DNA of 64,000 nucleotides, taken from the NCBI GenBank assembly GCA_963715505.1, contig OY970242.1, positions 1,804,836 through 1,868,835 on the forward strand. Reading direction: 5' to 3'. Both the position numbers and the translations under genes were made by a program. The notes below the pieces were generated by a model. That model was given only the letters and a program-made list of their open reading frames with translations, searched no databases and had not been told where the DNA came from. Positions 1 to 9,316 of this stretch are shown here, piece by piece (position 1 is the stretch's first letter; each line of letters starts with the position of its first letter). The stretch comes from an uncultured Microthrixaceae bacterium (GTDB lineage Bacteria > Actinomycetota > Acidimicrobiia > Acidimicrobiales > VFJN01).

Positions 1-509
1 CCCGACGCCAGGAAGCGCTCCGCGATCGCACTGGTCGCCCAGCCGTAGCCGGCCAGGATGCCGATGAACATTGCGGCGCTCACCCAGGGCGTGCCCAGCA
101 CGGTGAAGTCGACGCCATCGCCGTGCACCACCATCGAACCTCCCACGATGCCGGTGATGGCGGCGAACAGCGCGCCGCGGCGTCGCCGCGGCAGCAGCTC
201 GCGGACGACGAGGTACGTCAGCGCACCGATCACGCCGAGGAACGTCACGAACAGCCCCAAGCCCACCGAGCCCCCGAGGGTGATCGCTCCCGTCCGCGCG
301 CCGTCGTCGGTGGTCAGGCCCACGAGCGCCTCGTCGGTCTGCAGCGTCACGACCCGCATGGCGAGCCTGCCGCCGATGGCACCGAAGGCCAAGCCGGCCA
401 GCAGGCCGGCCAGGATGGCGGCGCTGGTGACGCGGAGCACGCGGCCGGCATGGATCCGCCAGCCGGTGGCGGCTGGCGAGGAGGGTGCGGGGGTCAGCGT
501 CGTCGCCAT
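1..509 (-). CDS. hypothetical integral membrane protein (3' end outside window)
   Basis: Manual translation of the minus strand from ATG (complement of 507-509) gives MATTLTPAPSSPAATGWRIHAGRVLRVTSAAILAGLLAGLAFGAIGG... with several hydrophobic helices and high GC3. Absent from the ORF track because the stop lies beyond the window edge. Confidence 0.45.
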   Translation of the reverse strand, partial: MATTLTPAPSSPAATGWRIHAGRVLRVTSAAILAGLLAGLAFGAIGGRLAMRVVTLQTDEALVGLTTDDGARTGAITLGGSVGLGLFVTFLGVIGALTYLVVRELLPRRRRGALFAAITGIVGGSMVVHGDGVDFTVLGTPWVSAAMFIGILAGYGWATSAIAERFLAS

Positions 510-567
510 GGCAGCTGCACCCTAGGGGTGCCGGCCAGCAGCGACCCGCACACGGCGCGGGCCCCGA

Positions 568-1134
568 TCAGGCGTCCTCGGTCTCCTTCACGGCGGAGAC
601 GTCGAACTCGAGGGTGATCTCGTCGCTGACGAGCAGCCCGCCGGCTTCGAGCGGAGCGTTCCAGCTCACGCCCCAGTCCTTGCGGTTGATCTTCGTGGTG
701 CCCTCGAGGCCGATGCGCTGGTTGCCGAACGTGTCCGTGACGGGACCCGTGAGCGTGAAGTCGACCGTGACCGGCTTGGTCACGCCCCTGATGGTGAGAT
801 CACCCGTCACACGGAAGCGGTCCTCGCCCACCGGCTCGACCTTCGTGCTCTTGAAGTGGATCGTCGGGTGCGAGTCCATGTCGAAGAAGTCGTTGCTGCG
901 CAGGTGGGAGTCCCGGTCGGCGTTGCCGGTGTCGATGCTCTTGGCGTCGATCGTGAGCTCGATGGTGGAGCGCGTCGGATCGTCTGCGTCGAAGAACCCG
1001 CTGCCGTCGAACTCGTGGAACGAGCCACGAACCTTGGTGACCATGGCGTGGCGGGCCACGAACCCGATCCGGGAGTGGATCGGATCGATCCTGTAGCGGC
1101 CGGTGAGCCGCTCGGTGGACGTGATGGTGCTCAT
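568..1134 (-). CDS. YceI family (polyisoprenoid-binding) protein
   Basis: The sequence YRIDPIHSRIGFVARHAMVTKVRGSF...DTGNADRDSHLRSNDFFD...HPTIHFKST...G(D)LTIRGVTKPV matches the YceI signature. Start chosen at MSTITS (cat 1132-1134) behind a GGAGG SD. Confidence 0.85.
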   Translation of the reverse strand: MSTITSTERLTGRYRIDPIHSRIGFVARHAMVTKVRGSFHEFDGSGFFDADDPTRSTIELTIDAKSIDTGNADRDSHLRSNDFFDMDSHPTIHFKSTKVEPVGEDRFRVTGDLTIRGVTKPVTVDFTLTGPVTDTFGNQRIGLEGTTKINRKDWGVSWNAPLEAGGLLVSDEITLEFDVSAVKETEDA

Positions 1135-1208
1135 GGGGAGCCTCCGGTGGTTCTCTGGGGGTGAGAGCACCTACCCCCGTCGGCACCTGCGCAACCGCCT
1201 CCCGGGTC

Positions 1209-1676
1209 TCAGCGCTGGTAGGTCCCCACGATGCGCGCCTGCTCGATGATGTGGTCGTCGATCCGCTCCAGCAGCTCCAGGCGGGTGAGCCCCGGCCCGG
1301 CCCCGAGCTCGCGGTCGAGGGCGTAGAGGTGGAAGTAGTAGTGGTGCGTGCCGTGGCCCGGAGGCGGCGCCGGGCCGCCGTAGCCCTGCGAGCCGAAGTC
1401 GGTGGCGCCTTCCACCTGCTGGCCGCTCGCACCCTCCGCCAGGCCCGACGCGTCGGGTGCGATCCCGTAGGCGACCCAATGGGTGAAGCCGTGGGTGAGC
1501 GGGGCGTCGGGATCGTGGCAGACGAGGGCGAGCTCCCGGGTGCCCTCCGGCACGTTCGCCCACTCGAGCGGGGGCGACACGTCCTCGCCCTCGGTGGTGT
1601 GGCGCGTGGGGATCGGCCCGCCGTGCTCGAACGCGGGGCTCGTGATCGTCAGGTCGCCGAGGTGCATGCCTGGCAT
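1209..1676 (-). CDS. YbhB/YbcL family PEBP (Raf kinase inhibitor-like) protein
   Basis: Shows LALVCHDPDAP...HWVAYGI...GYGGPAPPPGHGTHHYYFHLYALD, the characteristic bacterial PEBP motifs. Confidence 0.85.
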   Translation of the reverse strand: MPGMHLGDLTITSPAFEHGGPIPTRHTTEGEDVSPPLEWANVPEGTRELALVCHDPDAPLTHGFTHWVAYGIAPDASGLAEGASGQQVEGATDFGSQGYGGPAPPPGHGTHHYYFHLYALDRELGAGPGLTRLELLERIDDHIIEQARIVGTYQR

Positions 1677-1795
1677 GGGTGGCTCCTCATTCGAGTCGTC
1701 GGTCGGGCTCGCCGCCGAACCTACCCTCGCAACCGTCGCGTCGCCGTGCGACGTCCCGGCGTGGTGATGCCGCTGCGGGGGTAGGAGGCTCCACC

Positions 1796-2761
1796 GTGAC
1801 GACCCGGCACGAGACCGCGCACCACCCCGGGGCGACCGGGCGACTCGACCGGGGAGCGGTCCTGCTCCTCGCGGGCGGGATGGCGTGCTTCGGCAGCGCC
1901 ACCCCGGTCAGCGCCATCGTGGGACGGTCGTTCACGCCATGGCTGGCAAGCGCGCTGCGGCTCGCCGTTGCAGCCGCCGTCCTGATCCCCGTCTACGTCG
2001 TCGCGCAGCGGCGCGGTGACGAGCCGCCGCTGCGCGCCCGGCTCGGCTCGCTCACCGGGCGAGACTGGCTGCTGCTCATCGGCATCGCGGCCATCGGCAC
2101 CTTCGGCTTCAGCATCCTCATGCTGCTGGGCATGCGGCGCGCGCCTGGAGCGGTGGCGGCGGTGGTGATGGCCACGACCCCAGCGGTCACGGCCATCGGA
2201 GCGGTGGTGTTCCTCCGCGACCGCCTCGACCGGTGGCGGACGCTCGCCGTGGTGCTGGCGGTGATCGGCGTGGTGGTCGTCAACCTCGGTGCCGACGTCA
2301 CGCAGGGCAGCGGCGACCGCGTCGTGCTGGGGTCGGCGCTCGTGTTCGGGGCGGTCGTGTGCGAGGCGTGCTACACGCTGATGGGCAAGCGGCTCACCGC
2401 CGATCTCAGCCCGCTGGCGATCGTGACCGCCGCGGCGACGCTGGCGCTCGTGCTGTTCCTGCCGCTCGCGGCATGGGAGGCGCTGAGCTTCGACTGGTCC
2501 ACACCCACCCCGGGCCAGTGGCTGGCCGCGCTGTGGTGGGGCGCCGGGACGATGGCGCTCGGGTCGCTGCTCTGGTTCAGCGGCATGGCCCGCGTCCCGG
2601 CCGGGACCGCGGCGCCGTTCATGGGGGTGATGCCCACGAGCGCTCTGGTGCTCTCCTACGTGCTGCTGGGCGAGCCCTTCCAGTGGGTCCACCTCGTGGG
2701 CATGGCCATCGTGCTCGCGGGGGTCGGTCTCGTCGTCCGAGCCGGCGCGTCCGTGCACTGA
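1796..2761 (+). CDS. DMT/EamA family transporter
   Basis: About 10 hydrophobic helices in a two-EamA-repeat layout. Start set at GTG 1796, 7 nt after AGGAGG (1783-1788). The ORF track frame opens at 1679. Confidence 0.8.
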   Translation: MTTRHETAHHPGATGRLDRGAVLLLAGGMACFGSATPVSAIVGRSFTPWLASALRLAVAAAVLIPVYVVAQRRGDEPPLRARLGSLTGRDWLLLIGIAAIGTFGFSILMLLGMRRAPGAVAAVVMATTPAVTAIGAVVFLRDRLDRWRTLAVVLAVIGVVVVNLGADVTQGSGDRVVLGSALVFGAVVCEACYTLMGKRLTADLSPLAIVTAAATLALVLFLPLAAWEALSFDWSTPTPGQWLAALWWGAGTMALGSLLWFSGMARVPAGTAAPFMGVMPTSALVLSYVLLGEPFQWVHLVGMAIVLAGVGLVVRAGASVH

Positions 2762-2777
2762 CCGGCTCGGTCGCGGC

Positions 2778-3833
2778 CTACCGCCTGGCCGCGGCCCGCT
2801 TGGCGGTCGACGTCTTCTTCGCAGCGGCGCGCTTGGCGGGCGGCCTCGTGGCCGCAGATCTGCGCGCCGCCGTCTTGTCGGTACCCGCCTTCTTGGCCGT
2901 CGACCTCTTGGCGGTCGACCTCTTGGCCGTCGACTTCTTGGCCGGTGCCCGCTTCGTCGCCGTCGACGTCTTCGCCGCCGACTTCTTGGCGGGTGCCCGC
3001 TTGGTGGACGCTTTCTTGCCGGTCGACCTCTTGGCGGGTGCCCGCTTCGTCGGCGCCTTCTTGGCGGTCGACCTCTTGGTGGTCGACCTCTTGGTGGTCG
3101 ACCTCGAGGTCGTGGCGCCGGGGACGGACGAGCCGTTGCCGCTGAACCAGCGCTTGACGGTGGCGACGAGCTCCTCCGCCTTGGCCCCGGCCTTGGCGAC
3201 GAACGAGCTCGACGCCTGCAGCATCGTGAGCTGGGCACGGGTGTCGCGCGCCCAGCTGAGGTGCTCGTCCTCGTCGACCTCCACCTCGTCCACGGCCGCC
3301 CGCAGCTTCTCGCGCAGCGACCCCTCGGGCAGCTTGGGGACGAGCTGGCCGAGGGCCTCCCAGTTGGCGTGGTCGATGCTCTCGGCCATGAAGACCGCGT
3401 CGAGCATGGCCATCTCCTGCGCCATCGGGTCGAGCCCGCCGGCGGCGAGGAACGTCGCCTGCAGGGCATGCGCGTCGGCAGCCTCGACGGCACGGGCCAG
3501 CGGCGACACGTAGGCCGGGTTGCCGCCAGCGGAGCGGACGACGTCCTCGAGGATCTCGACGTGGCGGAGGGTCTCCTCGCCGAACTCCTCGTAGCGGGCT
3601 CTGAGCACGGGGTTGTTGGTGCGACCGGCCACCGAGCGGTAGAGGTGGGTGCCGCAGCGCTCGTGGGTCAGGTGCGCGCTGAGCAGATCGGCGACGAAGG
3701 CCGCGTTGAGCCCGTCGATGGCGAGCGCCTCGGCGAGCTCCTCGTCGGTCGTCGTGTGCGCTGGCTCGACGTAGATGACGTCGTTGGCCTTGGCGGTGGC
3801 CCCGTCGGCCTTGGTGGGCGTCAGCGTGGGCAT
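2778..3833 (-). CDS. ferritin-like domain protein with C-terminal Lys/Ala/Thr-rich histone-H1-like tail
   Basis: This is the C-terminal 351 aa of the 815-aa track ORF. Start is MPTLTPTK (cat 3831-3833) behind GAGAGGAG. The helical ferritin-like body contains LTHERCGTHLY, ETLRHVEILEDV and MAESIDHANWE. It is followed by about 110 aa of KRSTAKK/KRAPAKK repeats. Confidence 0.7.
   Translation of the reverse strand: MPTLTPTKADGATAKANDVIYVEPAHTTTDEELAEALAIDGLNAAFVADLLSAHLTHERCGTHLYRSVAGRTNNPVLRARYEEFGEETLRHVEILEDVVRSAGGNPAYVSPLARAVEAADAHALQATFLAAGGLDPMAQEMAMLDAVFMAESIDHANWEALGQLVPKLPEGSLREKLRAAVDEVEVDEDEHLSWARDTRAQLTMLQASSSFVAKAGAKAEELVATVKRWFSGNGSSVPGATTSRSTTKRSTTKRSTAKKAPTKRAPAKRSTGKKASTKRAPAKKSAAKTSTATKRAPAKKSTAKRSTAKRSTAKKAGTDKTAARRSAATRPPAKRAAAKKTSTAKRAAARR
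2785..3115 (-). repeat. coding tandem/low-complexity repeat (15-nt GTCGACCTCTTGGCG-type units) encoding the Lys-rich tail
   Basis: Repeated gtcgacctcttggc(g/c) units are visible at 2891-2940 and 3061-3110, with degenerate copies between them. Confidence 0.7.
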
Positions 3834-3844
3834 CGGTGCTCCTC

Positions 3845-5071
3845 TCAACGTGTCGCTTGCGCGCGCTCGCGCAGCCCGGCGATGGGATGCTCTCCCTCGG
3901 TCTCGTCGCGGAACTCGCGTCCCCGCTTGGAGCGGTTCTGGTCGATCACCTGCTCGCTCGACGCGCCGCCGGCGTTCACGGTGTCCTGGTAGGCGAAGTA
4001 CCGGTGGTCGTCGGGCAGCTCCTGGTAGGGCACGTACGCCAGGCCGTCGGTCCGGAGATCGATCTGCGTCGCGAGCACCTGGCGGACGTAGTCCTTGTTC
4101 GGCTCGAAGGTCACCGGCGTGTCGGGCAGCGCCGGGGGCAGGATCTCCTCGGGCTCGACGCCCTCGTAGCGACGCAGCAGGTCGCACGCAGCGTGCAGCT
4201 GGCCGATCTCCATGTCGAGGTGCAGCTCCCAGATGGCCTTGATGCGCCGGTCGGACTCCTGCTGGAGCATCGACCAGTAGAGGTACACCTCGTTGTACTC
4301 GTGGAAGACGAGCTGCTTGAGCCAGGTGTCGAGCGGGTCGAGCAGGGATTCGTAGTGGGTGACGTGCTGCTCCTCGATGAGCGCGATCTCGGCGTAGAGG
4401 CCACGCGCCACGGGCTCGATCCAGTCGGTGCCGTGGTTCATGTAGAAGTTCATCGTCTGCTGCTCGCCCGCCACGATCGTCATGACGTGCATCCGCGAGA
4501 GCGGATCGACGGTGTGGGTGTCGAAGTGCCCGCGCACGTCGTCGACCGGGTGCCGGTGCTCCACGATCGTGGGCCGCCCGGGCGTGATCTCGGTCAGGCT
4601 GCCCGTGAGCTCGGACGCGTCCTTGCCGTCGATCAGCTCGTAGAGGTTGGCGTAGCGATAGAGGTGGTCGAAGTCCTCGAGCAGCGCGAAGTCGAGCGCT
4701 TGCTTCAACATCGGGTCGGGTTCGTGGCGGGCCAGCCATGCGGTGAGGTCGACCGCCACCTGCTCGTAGCCGATCGTCGTCTCGAGCGGTGTCTGGTCCC
4801 CCGGGTTCAGGCCGTTCACGACCTTCTGCTGCTGCGCGTCGACACGGCGGCTCAGGGCGAGCGCCCGCTTGATCTCGAGGTGGTCGGTGTGCCTCGCGAA
4901 CTGGTGCGAGAACATGATCGACTCGACCTCGATCCCGTTCATCAAGATCACCCTGGTGCGCGTGTAGGGATCCACCTCGTGCTTGTCGAACGGCTCGACG
5001 TTGAGCTCCGACCAGCTGCGGAACTGCTCCTCCACCGGGATGCCACGTTGCTCCAAGGGGTTCATCCGCAC
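3845..5071 (-). CDS. ferritin-like / di-iron carboxylate superfamily protein
   Basis: 408-aa helical protein with ExxH-type motifs (LLEDFDHLY, IEEQHVTHYESL, ELHLDMEIGQLH). It lies 11 nt upstream of the ferritin-like gene at 2778-3833. Confidence 0.6.
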   Translation of the reverse strand: MRMNPLEQRGIPVEEQFRSWSELNVEPFDKHEVDPYTRTRVILMNGIEVESIMFSHQFARHTDHLEIKRALALSRRVDAQQQKVVNGLNPGDQTPLETTIGYEQVAVDLTAWLARHEPDPMLKQALDFALLEDFDHLYRYANLYELIDGKDASELTGSLTEITPGRPTIVEHRHPVDDVRGHFDTHTVDPLSRMHVMTIVAGEQQTMNFYMNHGTDWIEPVARGLYAEIALIEEQHVTHYESLLDPLDTWLKQLVFHEYNEVYLYWSMLQQESDRRIKAIWELHLDMEIGQLHAACDLLRRYEGVEPEEILPPALPDTPVTFEPNKDYVRQVLATQIDLRTDGLAYVPYQELPDDHRYFAYQDTVNAGGASSEQVIDQNRSKRGREFRDETEGEHPIAGLRERAQATR

Positions 5072-5199
5072 CTCCGATCACGTGCCGCCGCGGCATCGCC
5101 TGCCCAATCGCCCGCCGCGTCAAACCGCGCTGCACCCGTCGGCGACGCCCCCGCACCGCTAACCAGCCGCTCGCCGACCGCCGGCGGGAACCAGGCGCC

Positions 5200-5766
5200 G
5201 TGCGTGGTCGTCCAAGCGGGGGCATGCACCCCGAGCGCGAGGCCTCCTTCGACGCGGTCGTCGCCGTCGCGTACGTGCCGCTGCAGCGCTACCTGACTCG
5301 GCGCTGCAACCCCGATGACGTCGATGACGTGCTCAACGTGGTGCTCCTGGCGATCTGGCGCCGGCTCGACAACATCCCGCCGGGCACGACGCTGCCCTGG
5401 TGCTACGGCGTGGCGCGGCGGGCCCTCGCCAACCACCGTCGGGGCGCCGAGCGCCGCCTGCGCCTGCTGCGCCGGGTGGCGGCGACGGCGCCGCCGGTTG
5501 CATCGCACCATTGGGTCGAGGCGGCCGACGTCGAGCTGCAGGCGGCGCTCGACCGGCTCGGCGACGTCGACCGCGAGGTCGTGCGGCTGTGGGCCTGGGA
5601 GCGCCTCGAGCCGCGGGAGATCGCGGTCGTGCTCGACGCCACGCCGAACGCCGTCGCGGTGCGGCTCGCCCGGATCCGTCGACGGCTCGGAGAGGACCTC
5701 GCGCGACAGGATCAGGTCACGGCCGGACACAACGAGCTCGAGGACCGCCCGGGGATGGAGCCGTGA
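5200..5766 (+). CDS. ECF-type sigma-70 family RNA polymerase sigma factor
   Basis: Region 2 (FDAVVAVAYVPLQRYLTRR...DDVLNVVLLAIW) and region 4 (REVVRLWAWERLEPREIAVVLDATPNAVAVRLARIRRRL) are both recognisable. The start could be the internal ATG at 5224. Confidence 0.8.
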   Translation: MRGRPSGGMHPEREASFDAVVAVAYVPLQRYLTRRCNPDDVDDVLNVVLLAIWRRLDNIPPGTTLPWCYGVARRALANHRRGAERRLRLLRRVAATAPPVASHHWVEAADVELQAALDRLGDVDREVVRLWAWERLEPREIAVVLDATPNAVAVRLARIRRRLGEDLARQDQVTAGHNELEDRPGMEP

Positions 5767-6389
5767 ACGAGGACGAGCTGCGAGAACGCCTTCGGAGGAT
5801 CGACCCCGCCCCGGCCGACCTGCCCATGGAACCGGCGACGTCCGCGTCGTCCCGAGCCCGCTTGGAGCACATCATGACCACGAGCACCACCGACCGATCG
5901 ATCGTGCCCCTCGGGCCGCCGCGGAGGCCGCGCGGGAGGTGGCTGCTCGCCGGCGTGGCGGCCGCTGCCCTCGCAGCGGGCGCGCTCGTCGTGGGCTTCG
6001 CCGGCGACGGTGGCGAGGGCGCTCAGCACGACGTGGCCGCCGGGCCGCCGCTCGAGCTCTCGCTCGGTGCCGCGGATGTGATGGCGTCGTGCCTGCCCGT
6101 CGAGGCCGAGCACCTCGCCGCCATGCCGACGGCGTTCGCCGGGACGGCCACCGCCGTCGCCGACGGCGAGGTCGCCCTGGAGGTCGACCAGTGGTACCAG
6201 GGCGGCGACGCCGAGATCGTCGAGCTCCATGCCGCTCCCGGCCAGGCCGCGCTGATCGCCGGCTTCGACTTCGAGGTCGGCGAGGCGTACCTCATCTCCG
6301 CGTCGGAGGGCACCGTGAGCTTCTGCGGCTTCAGCGGCCCGGCCAGCGCCGAGCTGCGGGCGCTCTTCGACGAGGCCTTCGCCGGGTGA
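5763..6389 (+). CDS. putative membrane-anchored anti-sigma factor / hypothetical protein
   Basis: GTG 5763 overlaps the sigma gene stop (GTGA). One TM helix (WLLAGVAAAALAAGALVVGF). The position downstream of an ECF sigma gene suggests an anti-sigma role. Confidence 0.5.
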   Translation: MNEDELRERLRRIDPAPADLPMEPATSASSRARLEHIMTTSTTDRSIVPLGPPRRPRGRWLLAGVAAAALAAGALVVGFAGDGGEGAQHDVAAGPPLELSLGAADVMASCLPVEAEHLAAMPTAFAGTATAVADGEVALEVDQWYQGGDAEIVELHAAPGQAALIAGFDFEVGEAYLISASEGTVSFCGFSGPASAELRALFDEAFAG

Positions 6390-6486
6390 GCCGGGCAACC
6401 GCGCCAGCCAGCGCAGCGGTCGGCGCCGCTCGCTCCCCCGTGGCTCGCGGGGAGATCGGGGTGTAGGACTTCCGCGCTGCCGAGCG

Positions 6487-7017
6487 ATGGAGGAGATGGT
6501 GCATGAGCTTCCCGCCACCGATCCGGCCCGCGGCCTGCTGGCGCTGTACGACTCGGCGCTGCCCGAGGTCTACGGCTACCTGGCGTCACGCTGCGGCTCC
6601 GCAACGGTGGCGGAGGACCTGACCTCTGAGACGTTCCTGGCCACCGTCGACGCCGTGCACCGCGGGAGCGTGCCGGAGCTGAGCGTGGCGTGGCTGATCG
6701 GCGTGGCGCGCCACAAGCTCGTCGACCACTGGCGAAGGCGTGAGCGAGAGGAGCGCTCGCTCCGGGCCGTCGAGTCGGAGCGAGCGGACGCCGTCGACGA
6801 CTGGGACGTGCGGATCGACGCCGTGGTGGCGCACCGCACGCTCGAGGAGCTCAGCGCCTCGCACCGCAGCGCCCTGGCCCTGCGCTACCTCGACGGCCTG
6901 CCGGTCGGCGAGGTGGCGGCGTGCTTGGGCCGGACCGTCGGCGCCACCGAGGTGCTGCTGGTGCGGGCCCGCGCGGCGTTCCGCGACCGCTACGAGCGTG
7001 GCCAGGGGGACCGATGA
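6487..7017 (+). CDS. ECF-type sigma-70 family RNA polymerase sigma factor
   Basis: Shows LYDSALPEVYGYLASRCG...AEDLTSETFL and HRSALALRYLDGLPVGEVAACLGRTVGATEVLLVRARAAFR. Confidence 0.85.
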   Translation: MEEMVHELPATDPARGLLALYDSALPEVYGYLASRCGSATVAEDLTSETFLATVDAVHRGSVPELSVAWLIGVARHKLVDHWRRREREERSLRAVESERADAVDDWDVRIDAVVAHRTLEELSASHRSALALRYLDGLPVGEVAACLGRTVGATEVLLVRARAAFRDRYERGQGDR

Positions 7018-8057
7018 CCGACCACGAGCGCCACGATCCCTTCGACGCCCTGACCGCGCCGATCGAGGCGCGCCAGCCTCGGCCGAGCTTTCGCCGGGAC
7101 CTGCGCGCCCGACTGGTGACGGCGCTCGGCCTCGACGACGCCGCCGTCGCGACCATCGACCTTCCGAGGAGGAAGCCCATGACCACCACCCCCACGACCC
7201 AGGCGCCGGCCGCGACCGCCGTCACCCCGTACCTCACCGTCGAGCGGGCCCCAGAGGCCATCACCTGGTACGTCGAGGCGCTCGGCGCCGTGGAGGACTT
7301 CCGCGTCGTCGGCGACGACGGGCGCGTCGGCCACGCGGAGCTCACGATCGGCAGCGCCCGGTTCATGCTCTCCGACGAGCACCCCGAGATCGGCGTCAGC
7401 GGACCGAAGACCCTGGGCGGCACCTCCGTGGCCCTCTACGTCGAGGTGCCCGACGTCGACACGGCCTTCGCCCGGGCAGTCGCCGCCGGCGCCTCGTCGC
7501 AGCAGCAACCCGCCGACCAGCCCCACGGCGCCCGCCACGGCACGCTCGTCGACCCCTACGGGCACCGCTGGATGCTCTCCACGCCGTTCGAGGCGCTCGA
7601 CCTCGCCACCTACGCCGAGCGCTCCGAGGGCAGCGGCTACCGGGTGGAGCCCGCGCAGCGGCCGTACACCGACGGCATCTGGGCGCTGGTGTCCTACCGA
7701 GACGCCCTGGCGGGGATCCGCTTCCTCGTCGACGTCCTCGGCTTCGAGGAGGACCTCGTCGTCGTCGGCGACGACGGCACCACCGTCGAGCACAGCCAGA
7801 TCCGCTGGCCCGAGGGCGGCGTGGTGCAGGCCGACACCTACGTCGCGGACAACGAGTTCATGCTCGAGCCCGGCACGCAGTCGCTCTACGTCGTCACGCG
7901 CGACCCCCAGGCCGTGTGGGAGCGCTGCCAGGCCGCGGGTGTGGAGGTCGTGCGCCCGCCCGCGTCGCCCCACTACGACCCGGACGGGATGGGCTTCTCC
8001 ATCCGCGATCGCGAAGGCAACATCTTCAGCTTCGGCACCTACGCCGGCGGGGCCTGA
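7014..8057 (+). CDS. tandem VOC (glyoxalase/bleomycin-resistance fold) domain protein with N-terminal extension
   Basis: ATG 7014 overlaps the sigma gene stop (ATGA). Two VOC-like repeats are present (PYLTVERAPEAITWYVEALGA...DPYGHRWML and ...IRFLVDVLGFEE...FSIRDREGNIFSFG). Confidence 0.75.
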   Translation: MTDHERHDPFDALTAPIEARQPRPSFRRDLRARLVTALGLDDAAVATIDLPRRKPMTTTPTTQAPAATAVTPYLTVERAPEAITWYVEALGAVEDFRVVGDDGRVGHAELTIGSARFMLSDEHPEIGVSGPKTLGGTSVALYVEVPDVDTAFARAVAAGASSQQQPADQPHGARHGTLVDPYGHRWMLSTPFEALDLATYAERSEGSGYRVEPAQRPYTDGIWALVSYRDALAGIRFLVDVLGFEEDLVVVGDDGTTVEHSQIRWPEGGVVQADTYVADNEFMLEPGTQSLYVVTRDPQAVWERCQAAGVEVVRPPASPHYDPDGMGFSIRDREGNIFSFGTYAGGA

Positions 8058-9316
8058 GGGCGCCACCGCGGTGGATCGGTGCCGCCCGGAGGGTGGGGTG
8101 GACCGGTGTTCGCCGGGTGCCTCGGATCGTCGGGGGGCACCATCGGCTGCTTGCCGGAGCCTCGGATGCGCTCCCAGCCCTGGAGGCTGTGCAGGTCGTG
8201 GTGGCCGGGGCACTTTGGTTCGAGCTCGTCGAGCCGGGTGTGGCGGGTGTCCTTGAACTCCGCGCCGTGGACGTGGTCGTACTCCACGATGGTGCGGTTG
8301 CACCCCTCGACCGAGCAGGTGGGGCTGGTCCAGAGCAGCGCGTAGCGCATGGCCTGGGTCGGTCCACGGGTGAGGCTGGTGACGTTGGCGACGTCCACGC
8401 CCTTGGTGATGATCAGCTTCAGCACCGCGTCGCCCAGCAGGCGCCGAGCGGTGTTGACGGGGATGGGCCCGAGGCCGGTGATCTCACAGAGCTCGTCGCC
8501 CTCGGTGTGGCCGCGCCAGAGCGCGGCGACGTCGAGGCGCAGCAGCGCGAGGTGCCGCGGCCGCGACTGGTTGCCGGCCCGGTCGCTGCTGGTGCCCGCC
8601 GAGCGGCGCGCCATCTCCGCCAGCGCGTCGAACATGTAGGCCTGCCGCTCCTCGCGGTCACCGGCCCGGGAGCGGGCGCGGAAGATCTCGTCGGTGAGCC
8701 GGTCGAGCTCGGCCTTGATCGGCGAGCCCTCGTCGACGGTGCCGCGGGCGTGCAGGACGAACGCGCCCTCGGCGTCCGTGCTCGTGCCGGCTCGGCGCTC
8801 GCGATGGATCCGCGCCCGGGTGGCGTCAGCATCGGGGTCGGCGGCCGCCTTGGCTCGTGCGGCGTCGTCCTTGAGATCGCGCAGCGTCGCCGTGCGGGCC
8901 TTGCCGATCAGCCCGACCTCCGCGCCCGGGTTGGCCCTGGCGGCGCCGGCGATCACCGAGCCCTGCGCCGGGGAGAGCTTCCCGTCGATCAGCGCCGCAC
9001 GCGTCTTCGGGAGCGTCGGCAGCGCCCTGGACGTGTCGAGCTCCTCCCGGGCCGCGCCCACCGACGTGCCTGACGTGGCCGCCAGGTGCTCCGCGGCGGA
9101 CGCGAAGCCCTTGCGGCGCCACTCCATCGAGTCGTCCACCCGCCGCGCCAGCAGCGTCTTGGCCGCCGCGATGGCGCGGCCGGCGCGGTCGATCCGCTCG
9201 TAGATCCGCACCGCCTCCGACGCCGGCACGTCGTCGGGATCGGCAGCCGCAGCAGCCAGGCGGAACGCCTGGCGCTCCACCTCCAACGCCTGCAGCTCGA
9301 GCACCGACTGGAACAT
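8039..9316 (-). CDS. DUF222/HNH endonuclease (13E12-repeat-like) protein
   Basis: Typical actinobacterial DUF222 N-terminus. The HNH region reads CSVEGCNRTIVEYDHVHGAEFKDTRHTRLDELEPKCPGHHDLH. Start taken at MFQSV (cat 9314-9316). Its 3' end overlaps the convergent VOC gene by 19 nt. Confidence 0.8.
   Translation of the reverse strand: MFQSVLELQALEVERQAFRLAAAAADPDDVPASEAVRIYERIDRAGRAIAAAKTLLARRVDDSMEWRRKGFASAAEHLAATSGTSVGAAREELDTSRALPTLPKTRAALIDGKLSPAQGSVIAGAARANPGAEVGLIGKARTATLRDLKDDAARAKAAADPDADATRARIHRERRAGTSTDAEGAFVLHARGTVDEGSPIKAELDRLTDEIFRARSRAGDREERQAYMFDALAEMARRSAGTSSDRAGNQSRPRHLALLRLDVAALWRGHTEGDELCEITGLGPIPVNTARRLLGDAVLKLIITKGVDVANVTSLTRGPTQAMRYALLWTSPTCSVEGCNRTIVEYDHVHGAEFKDTRHTRLDELEPKCPGHHDLHSLQGWERIRGSGKQPMVPPDDPRHPANTGPPHPPGGTDPPRWRPQAPPA

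Noticed and set aside
1721-3493. 590-aa minus-strand ORF rich in R/P/G overlapping the DMT transporter and the ferritin-tail gene
   Set aside because: Arg/Pro/Gly-rich shadow frame typical of high-GC DNA. The overlapping frames have recognisable families and better third-position GC.
2778-5225. 815-aa ORF treated as a single gene
   Set aside because: Only the last 351 codons make sense: a ferritin-like body with its own SD and ATG at 3833. The upstream part is out of frame with the genuine 3845-5071 gene and reads as R/P/A-rich low-complexity sequence.
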